Below are positions 46,937 to 57,431 of a stretch of DNA of 64,000 nucleotides, one piece after another (position 1 is the stretch's first letter; every line of letters starts with the position of its first letter). The DNA comes from a virus. Its lineage: Duplodnaviria > Heunggongvirae > Uroviricota > Caudoviricetes. A program made the translations under genes and the position numbers. A model generated the notes under the pieces. That model saw only the letters and a program-made list of their open reading frames with translations. It was not told the origin of the DNA and made no database searches. The DNA lies in the IMG/VR virus record IMGVR_UViG_3300033073_001175, positions 1 to 64,000 of that record; one strand, written 5' to 3'.

Positions 46937-47537
46937 TATGAAAAAATCTATTGAGAATTCCCCTAAAGTATTGGGGTTAGACGTGTCCACTAAAACCATT
47001 GGTTGGGCATTGTTTGATATTGAAACTAAAGAGTTATTAGAATTAACTCATGTGTCCCCTGTACCTAAACCAAAAGAAGAAAACAAAATTAAGGAATTAA
47101 TTTTAAAAAGTGAAATTTTTAAGAGTAAACTTGTACAATATAAAAACTTAGGTATAACTAAAGTTGTAATAGAGGAACCTTTAATGAATAGTAATAATGT
47201 TTATACCATTCAAACATTAATGAGGTTCAATACTCTAATAACTAAAGATATATATGATGTTTTAGGTATAGTTCCTGAATATATATCGACATATAACTCA
47301 AGAAAATCAGCATTCCCTAATTTAGTACAACAGAACGATAAAGGTAAGTTTGTTTTATTTGGCGGTTTTCCTAAAGACTGTGATAAAAAACAAATTATTT
47401 GGGACTTGGTTGCAAAAAGAGAACCTCAAATTACTTGGGTTTATACTAAAAATAACACTTTAAAGAAAGAGAATTTTGATATGACTGACGCATACTGTTG
47501 TGTATTAGGTCATATGAACCAAGAAGGTATTTGGTAA
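46926..47537 (+). CDS. RuvC-like Holliday-junction resolvase
   Basis: N-term VLGLDVSTKTIGWALFDIE (cf. RuvC ILGIDPGLRKTGYAV), acidic residues downstream (VIEEP, DMTDAY). Confidence 0.5.
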   Translation: MTSNMKKSIENSPKVLGLDVSTKTIGWALFDIETKELLELTHVSPVPKPKEENKIKELILKSEIFKSKLVQYKNLGITKVVIEEPLMNSNNVYTIQTLMRFNTLITKDIYDVLGIVPEYISTYNSRKSAFPNLVQQNDKGKFVLFGGFPKDCDKKQIIWDLVAKREPQITWVYTKNNTLKKENFDMTDAYCCVLGHMNQEGIW

Positions 47538-47565
47538 AAATATCGTCTAAATAACCGATAAATGT

Positions 47566-47597
47566 AAATATCGTCTTTTTAGACGATATTTTTTTTA
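47566..47597 (+). terminator. Rho-independent terminator after the RuvC-like gene
   Basis: AAATATCGTCT-tttt-AGACGATATTTTTTTTT: 11-bp stem + T-run. Confidence 0.65.
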
Positions 47598-49730
47598 TTC
47601 ACAAATCTCACAATTAATGTCGTAATTAATATCTAACTCAACTTTAATTTGAGCATCTAAAGTTTCCATAGTGATATCACAACTACTATTAACGGTTAAA
47701 GTGTTTTTAACCGCATCTACCACTACTTCACCAATTATACCATAACTTAATAGTAATTCTTCAACAACGTCATAAAATTCATTATCTGATGGGAATTCGG
47801 TTAATGTTGTTCCTGTGTAAAACGATTGTGTTTTATCAACACCATTAACCGTAGTTTTAACTGTGAATATTGCTTGGTTTAGAATACAATTAGTATCACC
47901 ACTAGTTAAATCATGAAAACCTTCAACTAACATTTCTTGAGGTCCTTTTCTACCTGTTTGTCCTGTGCTTTCAAAGTCCTCATCACATACTGTGTATATT
48001 TGATATGATGACAGTTTATTAAAACCGTTTATGATTATAGTTCTTGTCATTGAGCAACCGTTATCATCAGTTACTGTTAAACTATATGTACCAGCACTTA
48101 ATCCAACTATTTCTGTACCTGTTTGAGCTCCCACATTAGGACTCCATGTTAATGTAAAAGGTGGTTCTCCATTAGTAATTAAAGCACTTATAGTTCCGTT
48201 ATTACCGTCTAACGAGTCCGTTCCTACTAATAAAAAATCAACACTATCAGAACCGTCAATTGTGAATGGTAGTTGTTGTTGGCAATAATTGGCATCAGTT
48301 ACTGTTGCAACATAATTACCACTTGGTAAATTAGTATATAGAAATTCTAAGTCGGTTGAAAAGTCTGAGTACCCGTCTATTTCATAATGAAATGGTGCAG
48401 TCCCTCCTGGTGTGATAGATAACAATACAGACCCATCTTCTTGATTACAAGTCGTACCTGTAGTTTCAATATTTAACTCAAATAAAACATTATTTTCGAC
48501 CTCATAAGTTTGTTTAAATTCACAAGGTCCTTGGTCTGATATTGTTAAAGTATAAGTACCCGAAGTTAAACCATTAAATGTCCAATTTGTAAAAGGACCT
48601 GTAACTGTTGTATTACTACCTAACGAATCCGTTAGTGTATAAATGTAGGGTGATGAGCCTCCAAATATTGTTACACCAATCTGACCCCCATTACCACTAC
48701 AGGTTGAGTTTGTTACATTAACGGACGCTATACTTAAACCTCCAGGAGTTAATAAACTAGTTGTTGCGGTAAACGTACAATTACCTGCGTCTTTTACAAC
48801 AACTGTAAAAAATCCTGCGGGTAAATTATAAAACGTGTTAGTATTACTAAAAGTCGTATCAATTTGACCATTAGACCCTATAAATTGATACGGTGAAGTT
48901 CCTCCTGATGCCGTTATTGTAACAGTACCATCGGAAGAAAAACAACTAGGATTGGTATATGAAATATCAAATAAACCTAGCGGGTCTTCCGCAGTGATAG
49001 TAATACCTTTACTAATGACACAACCTAACGAATCTGTTACAGTAACAATATAATTACCAACCGTTAATCCTGTTATAAAAGAAGATGTTTGTACAGGAAT
49101 TGTATTCCAAGAATAGGTGAATGGTGGTGTTCCTGTTGCACCTGTAATATAAATCGCACCTGTATTTGGTGCACAAGATGAAGCATTTACGACATACAAA
49201 TTAACATCTATTGGGTTTGATTTGTTAACTATACAAGTTTCTGTCTTACCTGTACATCCTCCTCCATCATCGGCTACAACATAATAAGTCCCTGGATGTA
49301 AGTTATCAAAACCATAAAAATTATTAAACGTAGTTGCTGAAGAAATGTAACCATCATTCAACTCGTAAAGATAAAATGTGCCTGTACCATAAAAATTACT
49401 TGTTGTTGCGGTAACACCTCCATTATTTAAACCGCAAGTAGTATCTTGATGTGTTAAAGTCGCACAAGTACCTGAAGATATATTGACGTTTACAGTTACA
49501 GATTCATTAACGGGTACACAAGAATCGGTAATTATAAACGAGTAGGTACCCGCAGATAAATTAGTTATGGTGAAATCTCCGCTAGTTGAGAAACTTCCGT
49601 ATGGTGGATTTATCCAATCAACGGAATATCCTGGTGCTCCATTTATAATATCAATTGTGAAGGCTCCTGAGTCTGTATTATAACAATCCCCCGTTAACCC
49701 ACCAATAACCGCACTTAATTGACACGACAT
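47595..49730 (-). CDS. SprB-repeat (Ig-like) containing virion protein (711 aa)
   Basis: At least 7 repeats of the C..DG.I ... GGT.P(Y/F).Y.W ... G.Y.VTVTD..GC pattern, e.g. GATGTPPFTYSWNTIPVQTSSFITGLTVGNYIVTVTDSLGC. Confidence 0.7.
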   Translation of the reverse strand: MSCQLSAVIGGLTGDCYNTDSGAFTIDIINGAPGYSVDWINPPYGSFSTSGDFTITNLSAGTYSFIITDSCVPVNESVTVNVNISSGTCATLTHQDTTCGLNNGGVTATTSNFYGTGTFYLYELNDGYISSATTFNNFYGFDNLHPGTYYVVADDGGGCTGKTETCIVNKSNPIDVNLYVVNASSCAPNTGAIYITGATGTPPFTYSWNTIPVQTSSFITGLTVGNYIVTVTDSLGCVISKGITITAEDPLGLFDISYTNPSCFSSDGTVTITASGGTSPYQFIGSNGQIDTTFSNTNTFYNLPAGFFTVVVKDAGNCTFTATTSLLTPGGLSIASVNVTNSTCSGNGGQIGVTIFGGSSPYIYTLTDSLGSNTTVTGPFTNWTFNGLTSGTYTLTISDQGPCEFKQTYEVENNVLFELNIETTGTTCNQEDGSVLLSITPGGTAPFHYEIDGYSDFSTDLEFLYTNLPSGNYVATVTDANYCQQQLPFTIDGSDSVDFLLVGTDSLDGNNGTISALITNGEPPFTLTWSPNVGAQTGTEIVGLSAGTYSLTVTDDNGCSMTRTIIINGFNKLSSYQIYTVCDEDFESTGQTGRKGPQEMLVEGFHDLTSGDTNCILNQAIFTVKTTVNGVDKTQSFYTGTTLTEFPSDNEFYDVVEELLLSYGIIGEVVVDAVKNTLTVNSSCDITMETLDAQIKVELDINYDINCEICE

Positions 49731-52700
49731 TAATTACATAATATTTCAAAGTTTATTCCTATATTCAATTTAAAATTAATACCTTGTTCAGAAACTGAAC
49801 ATACTTGATTATACACAATAACAGTATCATCCTCCGTTAAATAATAATCATAACCGTAATCTTTTAAACTCTCTAAAGCATTTTCTAAAGCAGTGTCCCA
49901 CATTGCCACCGTAGGTGAACTATAACTAGGACTACTATATCCTACACCATTAAAAAATGGATAACTTACAACAACTACATTATCGACTCTAATATCAACA
50001 AACCACTGAGTCGTCATTCCATTAAAATCACAATCATTTAATGTATATCCGTTAGCCGTTAAGTAAGTTTGTAATGTTGACCCTAAGACGGCGTTTAAAC
50101 TTTGTATTAACGGATTTGTAGTCCATGGGTAAATTGCACATTCCACACTTTCAATAGGGCAATCATATGTGAAAATATTACTAATAATTGAACATGGTTT
50201 ACATGGTGTTGGGATTAACTCACATCCTTCTTGTCTTCTCCAAACAAATTTTTGTCTGTGGAAAATTGAATTTTCAAGTCTGACTCCTGTGTTCCATATT
50301 GTAGTTGCAGGTATCATTTGTTCAACCAATCTAATCCAATAATCACCTAACCCATTTACATAATCAATCATTGTTTTATATGTAAAATTATCGTTAGGTA
50401 CATTAATTGTTTGTTGTGATTCTAAATATCTCCAATAAATTGAATCCAATGTTGGGTACCCTCCTGTTTTACCGTTTGTTGCGAATTGTCTGTTCCTAAC
50501 ATTTATCATATTATGCCAAAAAGTTTGAGCGAACTCAAAGAAAGTTTTTCTTTTTGGTAATGGTACAATTTCAGTCCAATCTACACCCCCTCTACTTGGG
50601 TACGGGCTATAAGGTTTTGGGTCGCAGTACGTTGGTTGTACATAATTCATACCTTGATTAGGTATTGGGTAATTATAATCTCTAGACATAGTCCAAACAT
50701 CATAAAGTATACCTTGAGCAGGGTTTAAAAATAAATCGACATTTTTAACGTTTAATACCAATCTATCGTCCTCAACAAAATATCTAGCGTTAAAATTTCC
50801 ATCAAGATTTGTTCTCAATCCTACCTCATTATCCACCCAACTTTTATTGTTATCAACAACAGGTGTTAATTGATAACCTAAAGTCATGAAAGGAAATTTT
50901 CTAAACCTATTTAAATATTCTTGACCGTATGAATACGGCATTAATACTGTTTGATAATTAGGGTTGTTACCTACAAATACACTGTTTGTAACATCAACTT
51001 GTTCAGGAGCCCTATGTTGAGGTGTTTGCTCAAACCATCCACTACCTTTTTGGAAGAAGTAACTTTCACTATCAGGTGGTGCATATGGGTAACCAAATTC
51101 ATCCATAGGATAATCATCAATAGTGACGTTAACATCTTTTATCGTGTTACTTGTCGTAAATCCTGTGTAACTAACCCCGAATATTGAATATATGTCGGTT
51201 GGGTCCAATATAGGGGTATCTTCCACATAAGTACCTCCTGATATTTGAACGAACTGCTCATTAAATTGTGATAGATTTACTTTTTGGTCTGCTAAATAAA
51301 CATACTCATTAAATTCAACTAACGCTTCGGGAGCCCCTATTAACCTTAATAATATTTCAATAGATTTTCTTGTTCCTTTAGACTTAAACAAGTAAGCAGA
51401 ATTTAATATTAAATTTCTAAAATATTGGTAATTTAATTCGTCAGGTGTCTGTGATTGTGAGATACCTGTAAAATCACTTTTTTGTTGTTTAGTCGACCCA
51501 AAAACACTTGACAATAGTTCGTCATTTGATATTGGGGACATGTTTGTTGTCCACCCTAAAGTTTGTGCTAAATTTTTTAATAATTGTGATGGGATATCAT
51601 TACCTACATTATAATTAACCGATGTCATAAAGGACAACGCGGTTATATACTTTTTAGTGTCATCAAAACTCTTGCCATAGATTTGTAAGACTTTTTCCAT
51701 TTTTTGACCTATAGTATCAAATTCTTTAAACGCTCCCGTAGTTAAAAATCTAGAAATGATGTTTGTTTTATAACCATCAAAAGACTCACTTAAATCATTT
51801 AAACTTGTAATATAACTTTCAAAAGCTTTTGTTAAAATATCAATATTCCATAAACCATATAATGGCCATGTTAAATTCAAGTTTTGTATATAATAACTTC
51901 CGTCTTCGGCTTCTCTAGGTATTTTAAATGTCGATGTGTACTTTGGGGTTACGTCCCGATTTAATAAAAATTGTTCAACTTCATCAAATACTTCTTTAAA
52001 TACTCGGTTAACTTCAAGGTCATTAGGTCTAATTATTAAATCATCATAAATTATAGTGTTACCTGAAAATGGATTACCACTAACAGTTAAAACTAAATTA
52101 CCGTTAGATAAACTATCGGTTGGTACTATATTAATCACCTTATATTCATGATTATTAAAAAACAACGAATATTTGGCGTATTGTATTTTCATATCTCTTA
52201 ATGGAGATACTTGTATTTCTTTAAGTTCTAAATTTCTTGTTGAGTTATTAGTAAAATCAATATCGAATGGGTTTCTGATTCTTGCTATGTCTAATGTAAG
52301 GGTTGTTGAATCGTTTTGTTCACTATATGATACATTAGTAGCGGTGGTACCTGTCACATAATTGATACCCATAAATGAAGACTCAATTGCCGCAGGGAAA
52401 AAACTAATTATTTTAGTAACAGATGCCGACATTCTTTTAACCATCGACCCATATAAAGTGAAGTTGTTAACTTGGGTTAAATCAAAATTAGGATAAACTT
52501 TAAAATTATTTTCTAAAATTGCTTTAGATTGTTCAATACTTGTAATACCGATAGAATCTAAATTTATTGGGTCTGAAAATACACCTGTTATAAAATTCCT
52601 GTTACTTTTTTCATTTGCGGATGTTATAAACTCAAAATTACCCTGAGTCAGACCACCTCCAGCAACTAATTGTAAACCAACTAAGTCGTCAGAAAAAGTA

Positions 52701-52750
52701 CCCGCACCTGTTGCGGATTGTGGAGGACAAGTATATTTTTTATTCGCCAT
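49730..52750 (-). CDS. Large structural protein (1006 aa), probable baseplate/tail component
   Basis: Long ORF abutting its neighbours; no catalytic motif. Confidence 0.55.
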   Translation of the reverse strand: MANKKYTCPPQSATGAGTFSDDLVGLQLVAGGGLTQGNFEFITSANEKSNRNFITGVFSDPINLDSIGITSIEQSKAILENNFKVYPNFDLTQVNNFTLYGSMVKRMSASVTKIISFFPAAIESSFMGINYVTGTTATNVSYSEQNDSTTLTLDIARIRNPFDIDFTNNSTRNLELKEIQVSPLRDMKIQYAKYSLFFNNHEYKVINIVPTDSLSNGNLVLTVSGNPFSGNTIIYDDLIIRPNDLEVNRVFKEVFDEVEQFLLNRDVTPKYTSTFKIPREAEDGSYYIQNLNLTWPLYGLWNIDILTKAFESYITSLNDLSESFDGYKTNIISRFLTTGAFKEFDTIGQKMEKVLQIYGKSFDDTKKYITALSFMTSVNYNVGNDIPSQLLKNLAQTLGWTTNMSPISNDELLSSVFGSTKQQKSDFTGISQSQTPDELNYQYFRNLILNSAYLFKSKGTRKSIEILLRLIGAPEALVEFNEYVYLADQKVNLSQFNEQFVQISGGTYVEDTPILDPTDIYSIFGVSYTGFTTSNTIKDVNVTIDDYPMDEFGYPYAPPDSESYFFQKGSGWFEQTPQHRAPEQVDVTNSVFVGNNPNYQTVLMPYSYGQEYLNRFRKFPFMTLGYQLTPVVDNNKSWVDNEVGLRTNLDGNFNARYFVEDDRLVLNVKNVDLFLNPAQGILYDVWTMSRDYNYPIPNQGMNYVQPTYCDPKPYSPYPSRGGVDWTEIVPLPKRKTFFEFAQTFWHNMINVRNRQFATNGKTGGYPTLDSIYWRYLESQQTINVPNDNFTYKTMIDYVNGLGDYWIRLVEQMIPATTIWNTGVRLENSIFHRQKFVWRRQEGCELIPTPCKPCSIISNIFTYDCPIESVECAIYPWTTNPLIQSLNAVLGSTLQTYLTANGYTLNDCDFNGMTTQWFVDIRVDNVVVVSYPFFNGVGYSSPSYSSPTVAMWDTALENALESLKDYGYDYYLTEDDTVIVYNQVCSVSEQGINFKLNIGINFEILCN

Positions 52751-53655
52751 TATTGTGTTATATTTGTAAAGTTTTTACTAAAATCAATATTATCACCTCT
52801 ATCTTGTCTAACTTCATACAATAACTCATTAAATTGGTCTCTAATTTCATAAAGATTGTATTGTTTATAGATATTATTTTGAGTATCGTATAATGTGTAA
52901 ATACCGTCATCAATTGACTTAGTTTGGTTACCAAACAACGCTATCGCTAACGTTGAGAAGTCGTGTTCCGCAACTTCAATATCTAAAGTTATAGGATTGA
53001 AGAAGGTGTTTGATATTACGATATTTTGATTAGGTTGTCCGATAAATGGTATTGCATTCGGTTTGTTTGTAGGTGCCGATGATGGTGATAAAGTACAAAA
53101 AACTAAATTTGTGTTATTTTCAGTATATCTATATCTAATCGCCTTTTGTGATGTATTTGTTAAATTTTGAACAATTGGTTCACAGAAAAATGATGAGGTT
53201 ATGATTCTAAAAAAATTAGGTATTTTAGAACCATCACTATTTAAGTACTCTATTCTAAACCCAACCAATCCTTGGTTTATAAATTTATTTCTATATTCTG
53301 ACGGTACAGAATTTAAATCGATAATTAAACCTCTAACATTAGGGAGTGACGATAAAACACCACAATCTAATATAGTCGTTCTAATTTGTGCAGGTCTAAT
53401 ATAAAGTGTATATATACCCAATTTATTAAATTGGTCAGATGGTAATGTTAAATTATATAAACCACCCAAAACTTCGACTGTGGAACCACCCGTACTAGTA
53501 TTGTTAAAGTATGGTCGTAATAATGTTTTTGCATCAAGTTTAGTTAACACAAAATTATTAGTTTCATCTCTTGATGGTGTATAATTTAAAATTATATCAA
53601 CATCTTCAGGTGAAACGTCTGCTGGTCTTATTGTTCCGTAAGTTCCTGTTGCCAT
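52750..53655 (-). CDS. Structural-module protein (301 aa)
   Basis: ORF abutting its neighbours. Confidence 0.5.
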   Translation of the reverse strand: MATGTYGTIRPADVSPEDVDIILNYTPSRDETNNFVLTKLDAKTLLRPYFNNTSTGGSTVEVLGGLYNLTLPSDQFNKLGIYTLYIRPAQIRTTILDCGVLSSLPNVRGLIIDLNSVPSEYRNKFINQGLVGFRIEYLNSDGSKIPNFFRIITSSFFCEPIVQNLTNTSQKAIRYRYTENNTNLVFCTLSPSSAPTNKPNAIPFIGQPNQNIVISNTFFNPITLDIEVAEHDFSTLAIALFGNQTKSIDDGIYTLYDTQNNIYKQYNLYEIRDQFNELLYEVRQDRGDNIDFSKNFTNITQ

Positions 53656-53659
53656 ATTA

Positions 53660-54844
53660 TCAATTATTTATTACATTAAAAAATTTGTATCCGTATTTTT
53701 CAAGGTCTCCAACATTGTCAACTTCACCTAATCTTTGGATTCGTTCTAATGCTGAGTTTTTACCCCTCTCTATAAATACATTGCTTTGTATTTCTGCCTC
53801 GTCAATTACATTCAATAATACTTCATTTTTTGTAATTGCGGAACAGACCATCATATCAGGTGTCATACCTGATGAATAAGTCATGAACACAGTAGTACCA
53901 TCATTATAATCATAATAATCAATATCATTTATTGTATAGGCAGTGTATGTATTTTCTGGTGATGGTCCCCAAAAAGTTCCAATACTACCTGATGTTCCTG
54001 TGACTTGGACTCCTATTTTATATTTACCCGCATACATTAATGGGTTGTACTTACTACCGTACTGTTGTAAGTCCGACATGGTCGATGTAGTATATCCCGA
54101 AATTAAGAATGGTACTGTTGTGTAATTATAACTTGATTGGTCGTAAACATCGCAATTAGAATCACCTGTAAATAAATAATCATACATTAATGGTGTTCCC
54201 GACCAATTACCTCCTGCGGGTATGAAATACGCGGTTCCATTTGGGTTTGGTACTGTAACTCCAGTGAAAGGTACATAAACAGTTTTCTCTACGATATTCG
54301 TACCCCAAGGACTCATACCTGAAAAAGTTATAGTAAATTCACCATCTTGTGAATAAACATGACTATAATAATTAGGTGATGTTGTTGTTATTAACTCCGT
54401 AGGACTCCCATCCCCCCAATCAACCGTATAAGTTGCAAACTGTAAATATTTCTTAAATTCTGTATCAGAAGTATTATAAAAATAATAGGTATATGGTGAA
54501 AATGTTGACGCAGAAAATAAAAAATTGGTCATAGTATCTTTTTGTAAGACCATACCGTCAAAAACAGAATAGTATCCAACGTCAACGGTGGTTTCACTTA
54601 AAAATACAGGAACTGTGAGTCCTGTTAAAATTGAATTTCCATCGGTTCCTCCACTTAAAACCTGAGTCATCGATGAATAAGCGTATGTATACCCAGTATA
54701 TTGTTGTGTAGTTGTTGATGTTACAATTTCACAACAAGGGTCTGTAGTATCAGGCTCTGAATTACCCGCATCGTAAGGATGTAAGAATAAATCGTTCTTA
54801 ATAACTTCAGGTGAAATTCTAATACTGTAATATCTTTCGTCCAT
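53660..54844 (-). CDS. Structural-module protein (394 aa), Thr/Tyr/Ser-rich
   Basis: ORF only. Confidence 0.5.
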   Translation of the reverse strand: MDERYYSIRISPEVIKNDLFLHPYDAGNSEPDTTDPCCEIVTSTTTQQYTGYTYAYSSMTQVLSGGTDGNSILTGLTVPVFLSETTVDVGYYSVFDGMVLQKDTMTNFLFSASTFSPYTYYFYNTSDTEFKKYLQFATYTVDWGDGSPTELITTTSPNYYSHVYSQDGEFTITFSGMSPWGTNIVEKTVYVPFTGVTVPNPNGTAYFIPAGGNWSGTPLMYDYLFTGDSNCDVYDQSSYNYTTVPFLISGYTTSTMSDLQQYGSKYNPLMYAGKYKIGVQVTGTSGSIGTFWGPSPENTYTAYTINDIDYYDYNDGTTVFMTYSSGMTPDMMVCSAITKNEVLLNVIDEAEIQSNVFIERGKNSALERIQRLGEVDNVGDLEKYGYKFFNVINN

Positions 54845-55659
54845 TATGGGTTAATGTATTCGTACCATTTTATTGGTGTTCCCGCACCTATACGGTTATT
54901 TAAATAATTATAAATTTCATATGTCTTGGTGTTGTAATCTAAGACAACTTTATTGAAGAAGTACCTTGAGTTGTCGAATACAAACTTATTTGGTAATGAT
55001 GATTGTGGTTCATTCATCATTCTAACAAAAACACCTAATCTACCGTCAAAAAATTTAGCTGACATATAGAAAGTGTTTATATTTAAAAATTGAGTTTTTG
55101 CTAACCAATAAAAGAAAAAACCTTCTTTATCACCAACAAAATCTAAAGAGTATTTTGGTTTCCTAATGTTAACATTAGGAATTAATGGTGATATACTAAT
55201 GTTTTCAGTATCTCCCTGTTGTACAGGTATAATTACACTAAAATAATTAGTTTGAGTTACTGTATCATTAGTATCATAAAAATCCAATTTAAAAAACGAT
55301 TTTGTAAAAGGTTTTGAGTAATAGTATATTTCATCCCCATTAAATCCTTCGGCCAAATAACTATTTTTCCAATCCGTAATGGTGGATGTTAAAACAGTTT
55401 GATTTGTTGGTGGTGGACCATCATAAAAGTAGAATTCATACCCTACTTTAGTTTCTTCATTGGTTCCATAAGAATTGTGTGAAAATCTAACAACTTCAAA
55501 ATCTTCAGCAACACCAATGATTGTTGTTAAAACATCTTCTTCATATAATTCAATACTATCCGTTCTACCATAGAAATCCCATTTCATTTCTATTGGGATT
55601 TGAATCCCTTTTGTTTCGTTAGGTATGGTAAATAAAAATTTGTTACTCACAATTATCAA
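54844..55659 (-). CDS. Structural-module protein (271 aa)
   Basis: ORF only. Confidence 0.5.
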   Translation of the reverse strand: MIIVSNKFLFTIPNETKGIQIPIEMKWDFYGRTDSIELYEEDVLTTIIGVAEDFEVVRFSHNSYGTNEETKVGYEFYFYDGPPPTNQTVLTSTITDWKNSYLAEGFNGDEIYYYSKPFTKSFFKLDFYDTNDTVTQTNYFSVIIPVQQGDTENISISPLIPNVNIRKPKYSLDFVGDKEGFFFYWLAKTQFLNINTFYMSAKFFDGRLGVFVRMMNEPQSSLPNKFVFDNSRYFFNKVVLDYNTKTYEIYNYLNNRIGAGTPIKWYEYINP

Positions 55660-57430
55660 TTAATGGTTCGGCGATTATGGTCTGTTCATTATAATTAGTT
55701 CCTTCAGGTATTATTCTGAAAACATAATTATCAAAAGGATAATGAACACCGTTTAAAAATGGGTAATTAACCCCATTAAATGAACTATCTATATAACCAT
55801 AAGGGTACAAATCTCTCCAAACAAATAAATTTTTGGTGGTTGAGAAGTAAGAATAGTCGGGTATTCCAACTACATTTTGTGCGTCCCCCTCTTCAATATA
55901 ATCAGAAAAAACTCTAATGGTTAAACTGTGATGTGGTTGATAATAATACCCGAATGGATTTGCAGGATTCCCTCCGATTGAGAAAACAAATGGGTTAAAT
56001 TTTAGTTTATGGTATAACCCTGATATCACTCGTTCTTTTTGTTCATAATTATTCCATTCACACATATCCCCATCTATAATGTCCCCCTCGTTAAGAGATT
56101 CGATATATGTGAAACCATTAAAAGATGGTGAAACATATGGAGGTACCCCTTGAGTAGTGTTATATACACCTACAGGTATGTTGGTGTTAGAATCTGAGTT
56201 AGAATTACTCCACCAACTATTAGGTAAACCTGATGAGTTAAGAGGTAAATTAAACTCCCAACCTTCTTTAATTCCATTAAAACCACCACTACCGTTAGGT
56301 AAACCAAATGTCCAACCAAAAAACCCTTTCCATAGAACCGTAAAAAATAATTCGGTTAATGGTCTTTTTTGATTGTCCCTTATTGGGTTTACTTGTATGT
56401 CTTTATTGAAGGATAGGGTGTATGATTGTGACCCTTCTTTAATTGATACTCTAGATACTTGATTTGGGGTAAACCCGCTACTTTCATATTTTTTAGTCTC
56501 ACCAAAAATGTTTTGTTCAAACCCCGCCTTTGTCATGACTGCATTTTCAGAGCTTGTTAACATTTTGTGTTTTCTAACATAATATTCAGATATTGTATCA
56601 GTTTCACTATCTTGTAAAATGACTCTTTTGGCAGTACCCGTTACATTGTTATTAAAGGTACCAGTGTAACCAACATCAACAATGTTAAAAACATATTCAT
56701 CACTACCGTAAGTTTGAGCTCCTAATGAAGATACTTGAAATATGTCGGTTCCATTATAAGACAAACTTAACTTAACAAATTCCCCAACTGATATTCCATG
56801 TTTAACAGGACATCTAAAAGATATTTGACCTAACCCACCATTAACAACTTTTTCAATGATGAACGGTATACCATCACCAACAACCCAATTTAAAGTTATA
56901 TTAGTTTTATAATCAATTGCTTGCATTTGTTTAGTGTAGTCATTTTCATAAGCGTAACTAACAAAGAAGTTCCAATTATAAGATGTTGCACTTTTTGGGG
57001 AAAAAATTATATGTTCATTAGGTGATTGTGTATAACCCGTAACATCGTAATCATTTCGAATAAAATCAAATTCATTATATTGAGGTACCCCTGTCCAACT
57101 TATCGCGTTAGGATTTCCACCTAAACATTGAGCGGCAGCAGCTTCTTGAGCGTTTAAATAATAAAGATTATTCTCAAAAGGGGGATAGTTTGTAAATCCT
57201 GAATATGAATTTTTAAATAACAATGAAAATTTGCAAGTTGGTCTAAATGTATCAGACTCTTGTCTTTCATTTAAGAAAACTTGTTCTAAATCAACATCAA
57301 TACTTCTGTCAAATTCAGTATTTTCTTTAAATGTTTGTTTTAAGGGTACTTGAAAAAACAAGTTAGTGTTTGGTGCTGACTTGTATCTTAAAGACCCTAA
57401 AACAACTCTTAAATCATTTCGATTACCCAT
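55643..57430 (-). CDS. Structural-module protein (595 aa)
   Basis: ORF only. Confidence 0.5.
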   Translation of the reverse strand: MGNRNDLRVVLGSLRYKSAPNTNLFFQVPLKQTFKENTEFDRSIDVDLEQVFLNERQESDTFRPTCKFSLLFKNSYSGFTNYPPFENNLYYLNAQEAAAAQCLGGNPNAISWTGVPQYNEFDFIRNDYDVTGYTQSPNEHIIFSPKSATSYNWNFFVSYAYENDYTKQMQAIDYKTNITLNWVVGDGIPFIIEKVVNGGLGQISFRCPVKHGISVGEFVKLSLSYNGTDIFQVSSLGAQTYGSDEYVFNIVDVGYTGTFNNNVTGTAKRVILQDSETDTISEYYVRKHKMLTSSENAVMTKAGFEQNIFGETKKYESSGFTPNQVSRVSIKEGSQSYTLSFNKDIQVNPIRDNQKRPLTELFFTVLWKGFFGWTFGLPNGSGGFNGIKEGWEFNLPLNSSGLPNSWWSNSNSDSNTNIPVGVYNTTQGVPPYVSPSFNGFTYIESLNEGDIIDGDMCEWNNYEQKERVISGLYHKLKFNPFVFSIGGNPANPFGYYYQPHHSLTIRVFSDYIEEGDAQNVVGIPDYSYFSTTKNLFVWRDLYPYGYIDSSFNGVNYPFLNGVHYPFDNYVFRIIPEGTNYNEQTIIAEPLIDNCE

Positions 57431-57431
57431 A

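Noticed and set aside
50951-54125. Short plus-strand ORFs 50951..51187, 52173..52361, 53201..53404, 53571..53879, 53943..54125
   Set aside because: They are all antisense within large minus-strand structural genes.
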